Source: Eledone cirrhosa
Taxonomy: Eukaryota
Reading direction: 5' to 3'
Assembly: GCA_964016885.1 (NCBI GenBank)
Contig: OZ024744.1
Coordinates: forward strand, 71,548,001 to 71,612,000
DNA length: 64,000 bases
This document shows, one piece after another, positions 58,201 through 64,000 of this stretch (positions within the stretch are counted from its first letter, which is position 1; the number at the start of each line of letters is the position of its first letter). A program made the position numbers and the translations under genes. Under the pieces are notes generated by a model, which was given only the letters and a program-made list of their open reading frames with translations, searched no databases and was not told the DNA's origin.

Positions 58201-61146
58201 GAAGCTGAACGCGTCTTTCCCGGCGCGCAAAGCCTACAGAGACCGGATTAGCGTATTAGTTAAGCGGACATTAACGGGAGCAGTCGTCAACAACAGGTGG
58301 TGGTTCGCCCTGAAAAGGGCAATTAAAGTAGAGTCGATTGGGTCTAGCAAGGGACTAGTGATAGAGGAAAATAGAGTAGAGGGAGAGCTAGTCAGAAAGC
58401 TAGAAGAGGCGTTTAGGACAGGCATCGCAACCGACGTGCTTGCGGCGAGATTGGCACTCGACCAATTCTTCAACGCAAAACACGAAATCTGCGTTGTCAG
58501 AGCTAGAGCGCGTGCTCTGAAGCACGAGGGGACGAGGCCGACCAATGGGCCCGGGTGGCAGAGGCGCGACCTGGCAACAAAGCCACAATTCGGTCTTTTT
58601 CTGACCAAAACGGGTGCGTGTTGCTCGAACCCGAGCAGATGTATAAAGCTTTACAGCAGCACTTTTCTGAACTGTTCGGGATAAGCGGCGGGCCGGATCG
58701 GGGTATGGACTTCAGTGCATACCTCGACGAATTGCCTCGGCTCTCGACGACCGCAGCACAGTGTTACGAAAAACCAATAACAGCCGGTGAAATACGGGAA
58801 GCGATGGCTAACTGCACAAGGGGTAAATAGCCAGGTTTAGATGGTCTGCCCTACGAGCTTTATGCATTTATGCCAGACTTGTTCGGTGACCTCTTGGCAG
58901 ACGTCTACTGCAACTGGCAGCAGAACGGGAGCATTCCTAGTTTTGTGAGCAGGGGAGCGGTGGTGCTGCTGAGAAAAGACCCGAACAAGGGGGACGTTAT
59001 AGACAACTTCAGGCCCATAATTCTGCTAAACGCAGAGGTCAAGATTTTGGCCAAGGTGTTAGCAACGAGGTTGGCGCTTGTCGTCAAGGGTCTGCTAGGA
59101 GAGGAAAAGATATGCGCCATTCCGGACAGATCCATACACGACAACCTCCACCTCATGCGATACATCATAGAGATGGTGGTTAAGGAACCTGGCAGGGGTG
59201 GGGCCCTGATCCACTTGGATCAATCCAAAGCATGCGATAGGGTCGACCATCGGTACCTGGCGGCGGTCTTCGAGGCACCCGGTTTCGGGCCCTTTTTTAG
59301 GGGTTGGATCGCTGCGAAGTACAGCGACATCTGCTCAATTGTGAAGGTGAACGGTCACAAGTCGCAGCCGTTCAGCATCATGCGCTCGGTCCCTCTTGTA
59401 CGTATTGGCTCTCGAGCCGTTACTGCATAAACTGGGGGCGATGAGGGCTGTCCCATGCGAACTGGGATGCGGGAAATCCGAGTCGGCTTGCGCCGACGAC
59501 GTCACCGTGGTGGTGTCGAGCACCAGACACGTCCAGATGCTCGGCACCGCTCACAAGGAATACGAAGCGGTGTGAGGAGCAAAGATAAACCAGGAAAAGT
59601 CGGTAGGCTTGCAGCTCGGCACCTGGAGATAAAGTCGATGCCGTCCGACAGCGTCGTGGGGTGTTGGACGGACGGACGGTTAAATTGCTCGGGTCTGGTT
59701 CGGACCGGACCTCCAGATGGAGAAAAACTGGAGCGAGTTGACGAGCAAGTTGGCCTCCCTCACCCAGAAATAGGCCGAGAGGAAGCTGTCCCTGAAAGGC
59801 CGGGTGGAGGTGGCCGATGCGTACATTGCATCCGTCATCTGCTACCCCCTCACCGTCGTCCCTTGCCCGGCCTAACTCTCACCAAAATGGCGCTCCTCCT
59901 CTTCCGCTTTTTGTGGAAGGGACGCGCTCCCATGGTCAGAAGATCCATCTGCTGTCAACACCCGTTCCGTGGAGGGCTGGGCATGCCATATCTGATGATG
60001 CGCAAATATGCGCTGAGGCTGCGACACCTCTGGTGCTTCCTTGACGGTGAACAGGTGTGGTCGCCGTTCGCCAGGCCCGTTTTCGCACAGCTCGTCTCTT
60101 TGACGGAACTGCAGTCCTGGGTCAGGAAAAGACCGATGGATAGCGCTTGGAAATGGAAATATCTCCAGGCGTTTACTGCCCTCTGCCAGCTGGGCACCAG
60201 TATCGGTGGAACATCCACACCAGCGTTCTATAGAGGACTAGTGCAGGGGAAGAGCGATAACGTTCTCAGAGAGATCCTGGGCGTCGAAGAAAATAAGCTA
60301 TTTGCTCTCTTCCGGAAAACTTTCAGCCCAGGGCCTATGAATAATTTCCAGAAATCCCTGGCCAGGCAGTCCTACCGGGGAGCGCTGCCGGTTCGAGATA
60401 AGCTCTACAGGCACGGAAGTGCCGTCAGCCGAGCCTGTCCGAGATGCGCGCAGAGCGACGAAACCGTCTTGCGCGCACTCGTTCAGTGCCCTAGCATTGC
60501 TGACTTGTGGAGCTATGTCGAACAGTTGCTGTCGCGTGTAGGACCGATCCGGTTATCGACTGAGTCCATTGTGCAGATGGTCTCGCCGTCTTCCTTCGAG
60601 GAGGAAGGGCAAGCGGTTTTCATCTGCCTGGTGGCCATGGCGAAAGAGATTGTGTGGTGGACAAGGTTGAAAGGGTTAAAGACAGACACTTTACTCTTCG
60701 GCGAATCTCTGATTAACTTTTTCAAGTTTCACTTGAAGAGGAAAATCAGGGTGGAGATTCAAGTGCTGCCTTCTAGCAAGTTTGTTGAAAGGTGGATGAA
60801 TGTAGCGAGAATGGTCCGCTCTGAATATACGCTTGTAGTTTTAGAAATGGGAAAAAATTGAATGAGAGCGCTTGCCCTGGTGGTATGGGTGGCCGTGGTC
60901 TTTTGTGTGGTTTTCGCCACGAGTAACCCACGTAGGTTTCCCCCCAATTGGGGAAATTTTCATTGTTTGAATTTTCATTTTTTTTGTTTATATATATATA
61001 TGTTTCTATGTCTTTTTTTTTCTTTTTCGTTTCTTATATAAATATTAAAAATCTTTACACGCACAAAACCCACATCGTACCGCCCTGTACCGTCCTGTGC
61101 CGTGTGTAATGTTTTCTTAATGTCAGCCCTTGTGGCCAATAAAGAA
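55297..61146 (+). mobile_element. Full-length degenerate Tx1 copy A3 (same subfamily as A2)
   Basis: Collinear with A2, including the ORF2 start MAVFKIGSVNVRGL and the 3'UTR. (ATT)n tail at 61147-61182. Confidence 0.92.
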
Positions 61147-61182
<36 letters not shown>

Positions 61183-64000
61183 GGCGACCTACGTAGTAAA
61201 TCGTATCATCGTGAGTTCCGCAAAGGTTTGTTATTTTCAGTTGTTTAAATTGCCATTTATGGAAATTTTTTATTGTTAACTGTATATAAGTGCACATACA
61301 TTGTTATCTGAAAAGGACAGCCAAAAAGATTGGGGCCTTGAGACCAAAATTTAAACTTTTATAATTATCAAACAAAACTTTTCTTTGAAAAATCATGGAT
61401 GACTCAGCGTCACTCCTTCCTCACAAACTAACACCTCACACCGACACCACCATTGTAAATATTACTATGTTTGCCAACACTAAAAATATAAGCAGTAGCA
61501 ATATTTTAAATTTGTCTCAGGCAGGCATTCATTTCCCGCCATTACCAATGACTGCAGGTGTTAAAGCCGCCACCACCACCACCAGCACCACGACAACCCC
61601 CACCCACCCCCACCGCGACAACCCCCACCCCCACCACCACCGCGATAACAGAAACAAAAGAAAAAAATAAATTAACTCGTGATATCGAAATGAATTCAAC
61701 CAAAATGAACTCTTCCACACCGACAACCACTGACGTCACCACCACCACCACCACCACCACCACCACTGAAACTAAAATTAACAATAACAAAAATAACGAT
61801 AACAACAACAACACCAATGAAATTAAGAAAACCACCCTGAGTTTTGCCCGAGTAGCAAAACAGTGCGAAGCATTTCAGGTAACTCAGGAGGAATTAGAAG
61901 AAGCCAAAAAAATGGTAAAGAAAGATGGGTACAGGGTCAGCCTCACCCTCCCACCTAATAAAATGGAGCATCAGCGCCTATCCACCGTGTCTTATAGAAC
62001 AATTAACATAAAATCGCGCCTAGTGGAACAGGCATCCGAGTCTCAAATCCAAAAAGCTTTGGGACATGTGTGGGCAAAAAAACGCCACATCAGACGTGGG
62101 AAGAAATATGGAACCGTGGATGTGTTCTTTGAAACACCACAGGAGGCTAGAGAACACTCCATGGCCCCATTAAGAAGTGACGACTTCACACTCGTCCCAA
62201 GCTATTGTGGCCAGAGACTCGTAAATATCAGGGTCACCCACATTCAACCGGCCATCGAAATGTCCTGGCTAATAGCTGCCATCCTAGCCGGCATCGAAGC
62301 CAACACCAAGATAATCGAAATAGCGAAAGAAAAGCAGAAGAACTGGTCCAGATCTGGGATGGAGCTCCTGATCCAAGTGGACCAAAAAAGCATTGAGGAG
62401 ATCCCAGAGGTAATAGACCTCACTGGCGACAGCCACCTCTCTTACCCACCCCAGTGACTCAACCATCAACACCACCAGCAGCAGAGATGGCAGCAACAAC
62501 TGTAGCAGCAACAATAGAAGCAACTGTAACAGCAACAACCCCAGCAACAGTAGCAAAACCAACACTACCACCACCCAACGCGCCAGAAATAGCACCAGCG
62601 CCTACACCATCCACCACGCCACAACCAAAACCAACGCCTGTGGAAAATTTTCCATTCCCCGGCCTATCACAACTGGAGACAGATTGTGACGACGAGGAGT
62701 GGGAAACGGTATCAGGAAAAAAGAAAAAAAAAAGAAAAAAAGAAACCAAAAAAGAAAAAATTCTCTTCCTTCCCCCTCCAAAAACAAAATACAGAGGGAA
62801 ACAAATAAACTATCAAACAAAAAAGTTAGGACAGATATGCCACTATCCACACCAGCATCACCAACCCCATCACCACAAAAACCAACACCATCACCATCAT
62901 TAACCCCAACACCACCATCACCAACACCACAAAAGTCACCAAAAAGCGAAACAGAAACAAACCCACAACAAACGCAAACAAAACAAAACAACCAAAACGA
63001 TACACACTACACAGCATTAAATTTGAACAACAACCAATTATTACACTACATCCAACACAACACCAGCATCACAGAAAAAGACTACACAACAATCCAAAAC
63101 TTCACACCACCTCCACACATACAAATCACTCGCATCACACAGATAACGTACACGACACTTAAACAAAATTCCCCAAAGACATCGGAGACTTCCGACAAAC
63201 ACTCTCCAGGAGGATTTATAAGGACATCCTTCCGGAGGAGGACACAAGCAGTGAAAAGGATGGACAAACCATCCTTCCTCTACGAGAAGTAAGGTAAGTG
63301 GTCTTTCCCATCTTTTCCACTTCATTTCAACATGACCTCACTCAAAATAGGCAGCATAAATGCGCGTGGCTTGGGGTCGTCATGGAAGCAGGGCCACCTG
63401 CTCAATGACCTAAGGTCACTAAACATAGATGTAGTGGCCATCAGCGAGACCAGAATCTCCGAAGCACGGGCCTTCGCACCGATCTTCGGCGGCTACGATG
63501 TGTACGCATATCCCAGCCGTCCGGGATCGGGGGCGGAGGAGTTGCTGTGCTTTTTCGGAGAGGTTTGGATCTCGCCATACGGGCCATCTTCCTGGACCCA
63601 GAAGGTAAGTTGGTGGTGCTAGACGTGACCAGCGGAGACGGGCAAGCTTTCAGGCTAGTGGCCGTCTATACCCCGACAGGAGCAGGGCGGCCTGATTTCT
63701 TCCGGCGTCTGGAGACCTTTTTTGGAACGTCCCGCTCTTTAGTGTTAGTGGGCGACTGGGACGGGATCTTAGATGCACGCTGGGACTGTGTGGGATCAGC
63801 AGATAGGGGAGGAGGGTGCAAGAGCTTCACCAATCTGCTCAGGCGTTTTGAAATGTCTGACAGGTACCGATTGGATTTCCCGAATGTGGACTTGGACAAA
63901 TCGCATAGGGTCATCCAGATCATATCTAGATAGAGTATTTTGTAGGGAAATAGATAGGTCTAGCATAGGCTGTCCACAATTCAAGATAGTCAGCTACACG
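61183..64000 (+). mobile_element. Tx1 family C, 5' part (divergent frameshifted ORF1 lacking the zinc-knuckle segment; ORF2 from 63332), runs off the window
   Basis: Starts GG after (ATT)n. ORF1 core (QIQKALGHVW..RGKKYGTVDV..LVPSYCGQ) is homologous to A1. ORF2 DNA is nearly identical to A1. Confidence 0.9.

Overview
Repeat-dense eukaryotic DNA with no recognisable host gene. The SINE family and extreme (AT)n content suggest a cephalopod such as octopus, which is an unverified inference. Two clusters (1-32 kb and 50.5-64 kb) are arrays of non-LTR retroelements joined by (TTA)n tracts. They contain Tx1/L1-clade LINEs on + (at least three ORF1 types, one copy with intact ORF1 and ORF2), R4/Dong-clade RT-REL elements always on -, and a tRNA-type SINE on + whose 3' end resembles the Tx1 3' end. 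The middle region is (AT)n-rich. It holds a ~550-bp tandem repeat (four direct copies plus one inverted), each unit carrying a type I hammerhead ribozyme motif with a palindromic loop III, i.e. a candidate Penelope-related retrozyme array. It also holds two degenerate hammerhead-like motifs, CRE and RTE remnants, a hAT MITE and a 200-N gap. The intact Tx1 appears to be an ORF1/ORF2 recombinant. All alignments and folds were done by eye, and element boundaries are approximate.
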